Assembly: GCA_016840165.1 (NCBI GenBank)
Contig: JAEOSU010000072.1
Coordinates: 256,001 to 320,000 of the forward strand
Source of the DNA: Promethearchaeota archaeon
GTDB taxonomy: Archaea; Asgardarchaeota; Lokiarchaeia; Sigyniarchaeales; SOKP01
Reading direction: 5' to 3'
Length of the DNA: 64,000 bases
The notes under the pieces are model-generated. The model was not told the DNA's origin. It worked only from the letters and a program-made list of their open reading frames with translations, and ran no database searches. A program made the position numbers and the translations under genes. Numbering within the stretch: the stretch's first letter is position 1; each line of letters begins with the position of its first letter. Of the stretch, positions 28,267 to 38,400 are shown piece after piece.

Positions 28267-29925
28267 TTATATTATGTTAAAAAAATTAATTATATTTAAT
28301 CCTAAGAACAAAAAAACAATGATTATTAATATTATATTGATTCTTCTGAAAATTGGATACTCTAACTGTATTTCTCTTGGACTAGTCGCCATCGTGTATC
28401 CACTGAAAGACATCGTTGAGAAGAAACTTAGCCAAAAAATAATTACACTCTGTAAAAAAACATAGAGCACTGAGTAATGAATAAACCATGTAAATAGGCT
28501 TAGAATAAAGAGAGTAATACCTCCAAAAAATATTGCTTTTAGAACAAATTTTCTTGTAAATTTTGAAAGTGGGAAGAAAATGGATATTATAGCGTTTGAT
28601 AAAATTACCCAGATTGCCAACTCCCCAACCCAAAATAGATATTTTGCTTTACTTAAAGCTAGAAGTAGGATTAATAGTCCTAAAAGAGGTAACCAAAATA
28701 TTTTGCGAAATAAAAAAGTAATATGTGTTATTCCCGCACGGATTCTTTGAGTAAAGGTAAATTTCGCAAGTTTCATAGAATCTGGTTTTTTAGTAGGTTT
28801 ATTCTTGACATATTCCTTTATTTTATTCGACCATACTGGTCCATATTTTATTTTAAAAGGAAAATTTTTAGGAAGCTGTGGGATTGATATTCCACCTGCA
28901 GATAATTGAGGGAGAATCAGAGTTTTTGTGTTTGTAATCTGTTTAATTCCAGTAGCATTGATTGCATTTAAGAGTTGTATATTTCCAAAGTCTCCGCCTC
29001 TCGCAGCACACCATACATTTATGCCGTTAGAATCTATACATAAAACCCAAGCGTCAATATCTTTTAAATCTCGCATTACTTTTATATATGTATAGTCATA
29101 ATTAGCAGTCACAATAATAGGAGAGTGCTCATCTGGATTTCCTGACCTATAAATACCCGGTTCGATTGCAACTCTATCCACTTGCCCAGTAAATAAACAT
29201 CGGTATATTCTAAACTGAGATTTTATTCCTTTAAAGTTTCGTAATTTCGGTCTATAGTATCCTGGTTCGTTTTCGGTGTTGACTGTAATTTTTTGTAATT
29301 CTATAGCTCTAATAGCCCCATGAGCCCATTCCTTTTTTGTAAGAATTTTGAATCCTATAGAACTTAAAAAACCTAAAAAGTAATTATTAGTATGAGTACC
29401 TCCCAATCTTAATTTCCGTAATTTTTTTTTATACCACCATCTTTTTAACCTAAATTGTATCTTCCAGAAACCTGAAGGGATAAACTCTGCCGCTATTATT
29501 AGCCTTCCATCAGGTTTCAAAGCTCTCCAAACATTTCTCAAAAAAATTTGTTGTTCTAAAGGTTTAAGCTCAGAAAGCATAAATGTACTCAATATAAGAT
29601 CTTGTGAGCTATTGTCAACTTCTAAGTCCTTATAAGAACCGACTTGGTATAAAAGCTCTACTTCTTTTTCAGTTGGATAATTATCCATAGCATATTTAAT
29701 CATATTCAAGTTATTATCTATTGCTTTAACAATATTCTCTTTTAAAGCAGCATTTTTTGCTAAAGTACCAGTGCCACATCCAATATCTAAGATAGTACTG
29801 TTTTTTTTAATCTTTTCCAATATCCACTCTTGAACTTTATTATTTACGCCCTTAGTTAAAGATGTGAATTCTGAATCATATGATTTCGGAACTTCCTCTA
29901 ATTTTTTCATATATACTACTGCCAT
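28267..29925 (-). CDS. SAM-methyltransferase fused to HgcA-like corrinoid-binding membrane protein
   Basis: N-terminal ILDIGCGTG...RALKPDGRL. Then EPGIYRSGNPDEHSPIIVTANY, cap helix GINVWCAARGG, LILPQLSAGG, YGPV, about 5 TM helices and MSFSGYT..TS. Confidence 0.82.
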   Translation of the reverse strand: MAVVYMKKLEEVPKSYDSEFTSLTKGVNNKVQEWILEKIKKNSTILDIGCGTGTLAKNAALKENIVKAIDNNLNMIKYAMDNYPTEKEVELLYQVGSYKDLEVDNSSQDLILSTFMLSELKPLEQQIFLRNVWRALKPDGRLIIAAEFIPSGFWKIQFRLKRWWYKKKLRKLRLGGTHTNNYFLGFLSSIGFKILTKKEWAHGAIRAIELQKITVNTENEPGYYRPKLRNFKGIKSQFRIYRCLFTGQVDRVAIEPGIYRSGNPDEHSPIIVTANYDYTYIKVMRDLKDIDAWVLCIDSNGINVWCAARGGDFGNIQLLNAINATGIKQITNTKTLILPQLSAGGISIPQLPKNFPFKIKYGPVWSNKIKEYVKNKPTKKPDSMKLAKFTFTQRIRAGITHITFLFRKIFWLPLLGLLILLLALSKAKYLFWVGELAIWVILSNAIISIFFPLSKFTRKFVLKAIFFGGITLFILSLFTWFIHYSVLYVFLQSVIIFWLSFFSTMSFSGYTMATSPREIQLEYPIFRRINIILIIIVFLFLGLNIINFFNII

Positions 29926-29936
29926 TCAACACCAAC

Positions 29937-31022
29937 TTATTTGGATTTCCAAAACCCAATTTTTCCCAAATATCTCCCTAAATAGACAATTGAGAGCATA
30001 ATAGGCACTTCCCAGAACAACCCCATGGTAGTACCTAATGCGGCATAAGAACCAATCCCATACATCGCTATTGCTGTTGCGATCGCGATCTCAAAATGAC
30101 TAGACGAACCAATGATGACTGTAATTACTGCCTCTTTATATTTCAATTTAAGCAATTTTGTGACTATAACATTATAACTAACAACAATTACAAATCCCAC
30201 CAATAGGGGAATAGATACTATTAATAAAAGATCAGGATTAGTAATTAGTACATTACCATTTAGCGAAAATAGTACAACAAGAGTTATCAATAAAGCTATA
30301 ATCGATACTTTTCCGACGAATGGACGATATTTTTCATCGAACCAAACTTTACCTTTAGAAGATATTATTAATTTCTTGCTTAAGATCCCCAGAAGCAAAG
30401 GTAAACCAATAAAAAATATTAAAGAAACAAGTAATAGTAAAATATCTATAGGAATATTTTTAATTCCTGATAATAATGAGACCATTCCAACATAGCCAAA
30501 AATTATTGTAATTGTATTAAGACTTGTATTAAGGACATTTTGTTCCTGATTTCCTTTAGCCATCCAACCCCAAACCAAAACCATAGCAGTACAGGGTGAA
30601 CTAGATAATAAAATAATTGCAAATCCCAATTGTCTCACTATTTCTGAATCTCCCGGTAAAAATATGTTTACCATCAACAAACCAACGAAGGGTGCCACTA
30701 ACCAGTTAGAGATTAAAGTTAAAATTATAGGTTTGGGATTCTTTCCAAGTTTTTTTAATTCCGATGCTTGAAGATTTAACATCGCAGGATACATCATTAA
30801 AAATAAACAAATACCAATTGGTATAGAAATGTTTCCAATAGTGAAAGAATTGATTAAAATACTAATTTCTGGAAGAAATTGGGAAATTAAAATCCCTAAG
30901 ATTATGCAAATTCCTACCCAGATTGGTAATAATCTTTCAAAATAGTTGATTTTTCTCGATTTTTGTTTATCTGGTTCATCAAAACTCTCTAATAATTCCT
31001 GTTCAAACTCTTCTTCAGCCAT
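29937..31022 (-). CDS. acr3: Acr3-family arsenite efflux permease
   Basis: FERLLPIWV, LMMYP, SPCTAMVLVW, SSHFEIAIATAI and EVPIML. Confidence 0.92.
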   Translation of the reverse strand: MAEEEFEQELLESFDEPDKQKSRKINYFERLLPIWVGICIILGILISQFLPEISILINSFTIGNISIPIGICLFLMMYPAMLNLQASELKKLGKNPKPIILTLISNWLVAPFVGLLMVNIFLPGDSEIVRQLGFAIILLSSSPCTAMVLVWGWMAKGNQEQNVLNTSLNTITIIFGYVGMVSLLSGIKNIPIDILLLLVSLIFFIGLPLLLGILSKKLIISSKGKVWFDEKYRPFVGKVSIIALLITLVVLFSLNGNVLITNPDLLLIVSIPLLVGFVIVVSYNVIVTKLLKLKYKEAVITVIIGSSSHFEIAIATAIAMYGIGSYAALGTTMGLFWEVPIMLSIVYLGRYLGKIGFWKSK

Positions 31023-31128
31023 AATTCTCAAATTATATTTAATGTGTTTTTATTCATATTATTAAATGAAATTGTAATTTCATCTAATTAGAGTCTGAGA
31101 TATAGTTATTTTGGCTCAAATAAAAACA

Positions 31129-31146
31129 TTTCGATTTGAATCGAAA
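31129..31146. promoter_or_regulatory. Palindrome between divergent acr3 and arsR, candidate ArsR operator
   Basis: TTTCGATT-TG-AATCGAAA, a perfect 8-2-8 inverted repeat. Confidence 0.5.
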
Positions 31147-31266
31147 CAAATTTATCTGAATAAATTTTTTATACTTTAATAGCTTCTAGATACATAAGAA
31201 TTTACCAATCCTTAAATAAAATGGTGGTTTATTATTAAAACCAATAGAAAAGCGGAAGTTAAAGAA

Positions 31267-31626
31267 ATGTTATGCTCATGTGATGTATGTGGAGATAGTG
31301 AGACTCTTTTCATTAATTTGCAACAATTAGGAAAAAATCTTAGGTATGATGAGCAAATTAATAAAGCTATTAATTTTTTAAATGTTTTAGGAAATATTGA
31401 AAGACTAATAATTATTAATGTTTTGAAGGAAAAGGATAGATGTGTCTGTGAATTAGAAGCTATTTTAGATAAATCTCAACCATCAATCTCTCACCATTTA
31501 AGGGAATTGGAAAAGCTTAATTTAATCCAAGGATTAAAAAAAGGAAAATTTACCTATTATTCCCTCAATAAGGATGCTTTAATATCTAGTTTAACCTATA
31601 TTATAAACCAATTAAATGTTAAATAA
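31267..31626 (+). CDS. arsR: ArsR/SmtB metalloregulator
   Basis: RCVCELEAILDKSQPSISHHLRELE (CVC As-binding box) and an extra N-terminal CSCDVC. The frame extends to ATT at 31231/31234. Confidence 0.9.
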   Translation: MLCSCDVCGDSETLFINLQQLGKNLRYDEQINKAINFLNVLGNIERLIIINVLKEKDRCVCELEAILDKSQPSISHHLRELEKLNLIQGLKKGKFTYYSLNKDALISSLTYIINQLNVK

Positions 31627-31728
31627 TTCTATGCATCTTGTCCAAATTTTAAACCTAATAAACTCAAAGAATATGTTGATTTCTATTTTTATGGAATTAA
31701 TGGTAAAAGGTAAAAAAGAATGTATTTA

Positions 31729-33984
31729 TTATTTTGGTTTTAATGTTTGTTTAGACTCGAGATTTTCTGAAATAGCTTCTTTTGTAAAGAGATAGGGAAT
31801 ATACTTTCCTTTCACCCAAAGTTTAATTAAATCTTTATAATGTTTATGAAAGGGAAGACCAGATTGACCACCAGGAAGGGCTCCTATAGAATTATCCCAG
31901 TTTGAGAGATCATGAATCTGACGATAAGATGGCCCAGAGAGCACATCGAATCCTTCAGAAGGATCATAAGAGCCCGGATTTAAAGTATTTCCATCTCCTC
32001 CAATTTTAAAAGGACCAGCGTTTAGGATTTTTGCTTGTTCGTTAGCTTGTGAAAAGGGATGCGTCAATGTGAGTGTATGAAGTCTCCCCCACATCCATTT
32101 ATCGGATCTAGAACCAAAAAGGTTAGATAGGTAATCTAAAGCTCTTTCTAAAGCCTTAAGTAGTAATTTTGAGATCTCTGCTTCCTTGTTTCTATACAAG
32201 GATTCAAAAATTTGTTTCAAATTGAAAGGTCGACTTCCAAGAGCCATATGAGCCACCTTTGTACCTAGTATAGATTCTAATACAGATTTTTGAGTCTCAC
32301 TATACCAGACTTTAAATATAGTTCCGGCAATAGTTGTTTTTGTCAAAAAATAGTTCCATTTTTCTAAGTAAGAAATAGAATCTTGAACATTCGATAAATC
32401 TTTGTTCTCTTTTAAATATTGAAGCATAATGGGTAATAGTTCTGCGGCCTCTTCTGTAAATCTATCGAGCTGGAAAGCCTTAAAATCCTCAATCGATAAT
32501 TTTTCTTTGGATTGAAGTAGCTTCTTTAATCTTAATTGTCTATATGGAGCGATTCTATCTTCTGCGATTAATAATCCATTTGGTGCTTTTTCTACGTTGT
32601 AATTTGCAGTATAAACAAAACCTCGTTCTGGGTTATAGAGGGAATATAATTTATCAAATTCAGAGATCCCTTCCCAGTCATATTTTTCATCATCCCCAGG
32701 ACTTATACTTGCTCCGTTTCCATATTTTCTTACAGGTATTTTTCCTCCATGTTGATGTCCAATATTACCAGCGATATCTCCATAAATGAAGTTTTGTGGA
32801 TTTATTGTTATAAGAGATAAGGCCTCTCTGAATTCTTGCCAACTTGAAGCTTTATTGATTCCTTTAAATCCTTTTAGATTATTAATAAGATCCGCATTAT
32901 AACTAGACCATTTTAATGCGTATTTACCTTCTATAAAAAAGGGATATATCTGATTATAATTCTCAAAGTAATTAATTACAGGTCCGAATCTACTGCGATA
33001 GACAGGATATTTTAGTGGTTTTGATTCACCTTTGATATGGATTACTTCTTCATCAATTTCAAAATCTACCCATTTACCATTATAGCGATATTGCTTTTCA
33101 TCATTTGGATTTATAGTTAATTTAAATAAATCTGTTGTATCAGCCATAACATTAGTTAAGCCCCAAGCAATTGATTCATTATGACCTATTACAACTGCAG
33201 GTACTCCAGGAAGAGAAGTACCTAGGACATTAAGATCGGGACAATTTAAATGAATTAAGAACCATAATGCTGGGTTGGTTAGTGGTAGATGGGGATCATT
33301 AGCTAATAATACAGATCCACTTTGAGATTTTTTCGGGCTTACCGCCCACGAGTTGCTCCCAACAGATTCATCAACCAACATTTCAGAGTTAAAAGGTATA
33401 ATTAAGTTAGCTGTTTTCTTTCCATTTTTAATTGTTATATACTCTCTTAGGATTTCATATGGATAATTCCAACTACTTAATGACCATTCGATCATACTAA
33501 TGATTTTAAAACAATCCTCTAATTTCCATGCATCAGGTTTAAAATTTAATACATGATATTCAATAGGTAAACTATTTTCTATTATTTGGATTCTTGTATT
33601 TACACCTTTTATATAAGAGTCCATAAATTTAAAATCTTCAGAATTTTTCTTTCTTTCGAGATCTCGAGCACATCTTTGAGCAATATGGTATAAACCGATT
33701 TCTCTATAATGCTTATCACTGGCTATTGAACCCTTTCCAGTGATTTCAGAAAGAGTCCCGGAAATTAATCTTCTAAAGGTTTCCATTTGCCATAATCTAT
33801 GACCTGCATGGATATATCCTTGCGTAAAATATAGATCATATATATCGTTAGCAAAAACATGTGGTATACCCCATTTATCCCACAGTATTTCTACACTAGC
33901 ATTTAAACCTTTAACAGTTTCTTCTCCTTGCATCAATGGAAATGATTTTTTGGCAATTTCTAACATTTCTTCCATAATTATCAC
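31729..33984 (-). CDS. Penicillin acylase family (Ntn hydrolase, S45)
   Basis: DKWGIPHV, GSNSWAVS (N-terminal nucleophile Ser), LANDPHL and GQSGLPFHKHY.D. Confidence 0.92.
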   Translation of the reverse strand: MIIMEEMLEIAKKSFPLMQGEETVKGLNASVEILWDKWGIPHVFANDIYDLYFTQGYIHAGHRLWQMETFRRLISGTLSEITGKGSIASDKHYREIGLYHIAQRCARDLERKKNSEDFKFMDSYIKGVNTRIQIIENSLPIEYHVLNFKPDAWKLEDCFKIISMIEWSLSSWNYPYEILREYITIKNGKKTANLIIPFNSEMLVDESVGSNSWAVSPKKSQSGSVLLANDPHLPLTNPALWFLIHLNCPDLNVLGTSLPGVPAVVIGHNESIAWGLTNVMADTTDLFKLTINPNDEKQYRYNGKWVDFEIDEEVIHIKGESKPLKYPVYRSRFGPVINYFENYNQIYPFFIEGKYALKWSSYNADLINNLKGFKGINKASSWQEFREALSLITINPQNFIYGDIAGNIGHQHGGKIPVRKYGNGASISPGDDEKYDWEGISEFDKLYSLYNPERGFVYTANYNVEKAPNGLLIAEDRIAPYRQLRLKKLLQSKEKLSIEDFKAFQLDRFTEEAAELLPIMLQYLKENKDLSNVQDSISYLEKWNYFLTKTTIAGTIFKVWYSETQKSVLESILGTKVAHMALGSRPFNLKQIFESLYRNKEAEISKLLLKALERALDYLSNLFGSRSDKWMWGRLHTLTLTHPFSQANEQAKILNAGPFKIGGDGNTLNPGSYDPSEGFDVLSGPSYRQIHDLSNWDNSIGALPGGQSGLPFHKHYKDLIKLWVKGKYIPYLFTKEAISENLESKQTLKPK

Positions 33985-34197
33985 GGTTAATTAGTAAATT
34001 ACGATGGTATAATGTTATATATTATGTCCTTTTAAAATTTAAAGATATAGAAGAATAACGTATATCTCAATAAGATTTTTTAGAATAAGGATTAAACAAA
34101 AATTTATGATTTCCATCAATCGCTAAATATATATGCCTCAATTACCATGTAGATAATATTCATAATTTTTCCAGAGGAAGTTGTTAAAGATCGCATA

Positions 34198-35454
34198 ATG
34201 GATGATTTAGAATCAAATTTGAAGATAGATAAATTCTATGGTATTTTACGTTCGGTTGATATAGAAATTGAACAAGAGGATATCTTTTATAGAAGTAAAT
34301 ATAATGATATAATGAATTATTTTAAGATGATTTTAACCCATAATGAGAATTCTTTACTTTACGATTACTCCAAAATTGTTTCTCCACATGGATTACTTTT
34401 AGTAAAAATTAATCAGAATAGCGATATTAATGATTTTTTAAAACTAATAAGCAAAAACTATTTTTTAGACGTTATAGAGTTGAATTATGAGGAGATATTT
34501 TTCAGAGCCACTGATTTTTTTGAACATTTTCAAGAAATTGTTCAGGATATGATAAGCGCGGAAAATGATATTAATAGCACTGAGATAAATGATAAGAATC
34601 CTGGAGAGAAAATTTTGAATACTTCTATAAAGAAAATCCTTATAATCGATGAAGGCCAACTAAATTTTAATTTAAGTATACCAACGAATCTTTTAGAGGT
34701 TTTTATTAATTCTAAACTGAATAAGACAAATTTTATTGAAAAGAGTAGCTTATTGATTTGGATAACGAATAAATTTAACAATATATCTATGAATTCACAG
34801 AAAATTTTTGATATATTCGATCTTTTTATTAATATCCCTTCTTTTGATGGCAGTGAAAGAGAAGCAGTTCTTAAGCACTTTTCAGAGTTATTTCCAAAAA
34901 TTGTATTTGATGTAGAAACTATTGCAAATTATACAAAATTATGGGAGGTTAATGATTTTAAACATTTATTAAAATTCGGAATTTTTAATCATTATCTTAA
35001 ATCGGAATTAAACCAAAAATCGAATGAAATTACAGATGTCTTAATTGAGTTAATCGAGACAAGGGAATTTATACCTTCCATTAATTCAGAGATCCAAGAT
35101 GATCAAGAAGATATAAGTGAGAATAATATTACTCAAATCAAAGGAGTGGATTTGAGAGCTTATGAAAATTTAAAAGCATATCGAAAAGAAATTCAAGAGG
35201 AAAATATTTCAGATTTTATGCGTAATCAGTTATATGAACATGCAGCTTCAAAACATTATAAAGAGCTACAGATCATTATCGAGAAAATAATCAAACATGA
35301 AGCACTTGAAGTCAATGATAGAGAAATATTGGCAAAATATCCCTTTATATTGAGTGAAAGTCCTCAGAAGGCGCTAATAGCACTGGAAAAAGCGAAGAAA
35401 AATATTAATCGAATTAACCAGATGTATAAAGATACGTGGAGAGCTCAAAATTAA
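34198..35454 (+). CDS. Degenerate (Walker A-less) AAA+ domain protein
   Basis: PHGLLLVKINQNSDINDFLKLIS aligns with [22 protein letters not shown]. Also ILIIDE and a lid-like FDLFINIPSFDGSEREAVLK...DVETIANYT. Confidence 0.55.
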   Translation: MDDLESNLKIDKFYGILRSVDIEIEQEDIFYRSKYNDIMNYFKMILTHNENSLLYDYSKIVSPHGLLLVKINQNSDINDFLKLISKNYFLDVIELNYEEIFFRATDFFEHFQEIVQDMISAENDINSTEINDKNPGEKILNTSIKKILIIDEGQLNFNLSIPTNLLEVFINSKLNKTNFIEKSSLLIWITNKFNNISMNSQKIFDIFDLFINIPSFDGSEREAVLKHFSELFPKIVFDVETIANYTKLWEVNDFKHLLKFGIFNHYLKSELNQKSNEITDVLIELIETREFIPSINSEIQDDQEDISENNITQIKGVDLRAYENLKAYRKEIQEENISDFMRNQLYEHAASKHYKELQIIIEKIIKHEALEVNDREILAKYPFILSESPQKALIALEKAKKNINRINQMYKDTWRAQN

Positions 35455-35472
35455 AAATTATGTTGATAGGGG

Positions 35473-38400
35473 ATTAAAGTTTCAAACGCTAACAATTCAA
35501 TATTCATAAGAAAATTGATCTTAGAAAATTTTTTATCATTCCAGAAAGATGAGGTTGATTTTTTAGATAATTCCCAATCACAATTTCCCAAATTAATCTT
35601 AATAGTTGGTCCTAATTGGTCAGGAAAGACATCAATATTTCAAGCAATCAAATTTGTATTAGGGAGCAACGAACGTGACGAAAGATATAAGAAATGGTCT
35701 GATTTTATTCGGAATGGCCAAGATCATACTATGGTGCATATTGAAATTCAAAATCGCGATGATGTAATTAAACTTAGAAGATACGTAATCCGAGGGCAAT
35801 CTCCCTACTTTGAATTGCAAAAATCAAATGAATCAAAATTTAAAAGAGTACAAGCTAAAACTGTTCAAAGAATCGTTAAAGAATTAAAAGTTAATCCAGA
35901 TAATCATTTTGCTTTTGTTAGTCAAGGAAAAATCGATAGTATCAAAAATCTAAAGCCATATGAATTAAGTAGTTTTTTAGAAGAGGGAATTGGACTGAAA
36001 GGATTAAGAGAAGAAATTTTAGGGGAAAAAAACTCAATCTCTAATTTAAACCAGGACTTTCAGTCGCTTACTGTAAAAGAAAATTCATTAAAACTCAATT
36101 TAGAACTTCTTACTCCAAAACTAAAAAGACTTGAAGAGAAAAAAAAGATATTAGATATTAGAAAAAAGGTAAACGACGAGTTATTATGGGCAAATAAGGA
36201 AAAAATACAAAAAGATATTGACAATCTTATTGCTAAGAGTTATGAAATTGAGGACTCAATTAGCTCACTTAAATCGGAATTAGCTAATTTTAACGTCTTA
36301 TTGGCAGAAAAGGAGGAAAAAATCGCTGATATTGAGAAGGAGATAAATCAATTATCAAAGAAATTTGGCGAATTAGATTACCAAAAAAAAGAGCTAGTTG
36401 CACAGATTCAAGAGTGGCAACAAGAGAAAATAAAAGCAAAGCAAGAACTAGATAATATGGCAAAAGTTATATATCAAGAAAAAACAGAGTTTGAAAATCT
36501 ACAAAATAAAAAGAAAAGCATTGAAAAAGAAAATCAGTTGCTTGCTAATGAACTCGCTAAATTTAATGACCAATTAAACAATTTAATTAAGGAACAAAAA
36601 GATATATCCGTTAAGATTACTCAAAATAAAGAATTTTTAGTACAATATAATAAGTTAGTGCAGACAAAAGAAGATTTCATGCAAAAGATTAAAGAGAATG
36701 CGACTAAAAAAGATGAAATCAACCTTGATATTGAAGAGATTTTTCAAAGTTTACAAGATATTGATCATAAATTAAATACAAATAATTGGTTTTTAGAAAA
36801 TCCTTCTCAAGATTTAGTAAAGCAGCTTGATCTGCAAATAAAGGAGATTTCACGAAAAATTTTCGAACTTGAATCAGAAAATGAGCGGATTCGTTATGAT
36901 CAAGCTAAGAGTATAGACGAATTTAAAAAGCTTCAAAAATCTATTCAAGAAAGACGGATATTACTCCCTTCTAGTATTATTTTACTAAAGGAAGAGATTA
37001 AGAAACGAGGTTTAGAATATAAAGTTAAAGGTCCTATTATTGAATATTTAAAATATAATGATACTTTAAGCTATGCTATCGAATCGGTGTTAGGTGAACG
37101 TTTACTTTATAGTTTTGTAGTAAATGACTGGGATTCTCTAAGTTTGTTGAATCGATTAAAAAATAAAATCAATGCCTACTGTAATATATATATCACAAAA
37201 AATCTCACAGTCTCATCATATCCTCCATTCTCCGCTGATGGTTTAATTGGGTACTTAGTTGATTTAATTACTATACTAAATGATGATATTGATATTAAAA
37301 AAGTAATCTATTCGAAAGTAAGAAATTGTGTTGTTGTAGAAAATTACCATGCAGGTCAAGAGCTTTATATAAAACAAAATTTTAAGGGAAAATGTGTGAC
37401 TTTAAAAGGAGAGCAGATTGTTTCATATAAATACGCATACGAGACACCCTATCTTAAGAAACTCAAAGGATTTTTTAGTATTGGAACACAGAAAGAACGG
37501 GCTCGAAATTTGGAGTCTCTAATTGAATCGTTAAACGAAAAAACTAGGGAAAAAAGGATAAAATTGTCCCAATTAGACGTCCAACAAAAAGAATTATATC
37601 ACAAAAAAGATGCCTTTAATGATCTATTGTATAATTTCAATCAAAAGCAGCGGTTAACAGGAAAGAAAAATAATCTATACAAGCTAAGTTATTCATTGGA
37701 ACAAGAAAACGAGGATTTTCGAAAAGAGTTAGACATTTTAGAAGAGAAGATTGAGAACTTTAAAACTCAACGGGATCCCGAATTTTTTCACTGGAATGAA
37801 CGGCTAAAAACGATTCCAATCGAAATTGATGAGTTAAATGATAAAATAAATATCTTGAATTCTGAATATAATGAAAATAATGTAATTTTAGATACACTCA
37901 AAGAAAAAATAGATGAATTTCAGAATGCGATACTGCTTAAATCATCTGAATATGAACAAAAGCAAGAAATATTTCGCAAGGCTGATAAAAAAGCGTTTAG
38001 AATTTATCAGGATTTAGATAAAGTTGAAGATGAGATAAAAAGTATAGAAACATCTATTTTAAAGTCTCAAGAAGATAAGAAAATGTTCCAACAACAAAAA
38101 CTCGAAATAGAAAAAGAAACACTCAATTATAAAATAGAATTTGAACAACAAAATATCAAGTTAAAAACGCTTAAGCAGGAGTTAAATATTAAAAACCAGA
38201 ATCTTGAGCGTATAAAATCAGAAATCGATCCCTTATTCTCTTCACAAGAGATGCAAATAAGGCCAATTGAAGAGATAAAGAAAGATATGGAAAAAATAGA
38301 AAGAGATTTGCTCAATTATGTCGACATCGATGACAGGATTTTAATTGAAAAAGAAGAGATCATAAACAACTTATCACAGATTAAAAAAAATCAAAAGCTT

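Noticed and set aside
28267-29925. Calling the gene arsM or acetyl-CoA synthase gamma subunit
   Set aside because: The MTase domain lacks the multiple conserved ArsM cysteines. The cap-helix Cys, TM anchor and ferredoxin neighbour fit HgcA rather than CdhE/AcsC. No hgcA symbol was assigned because of the motif deviation and the fusion.
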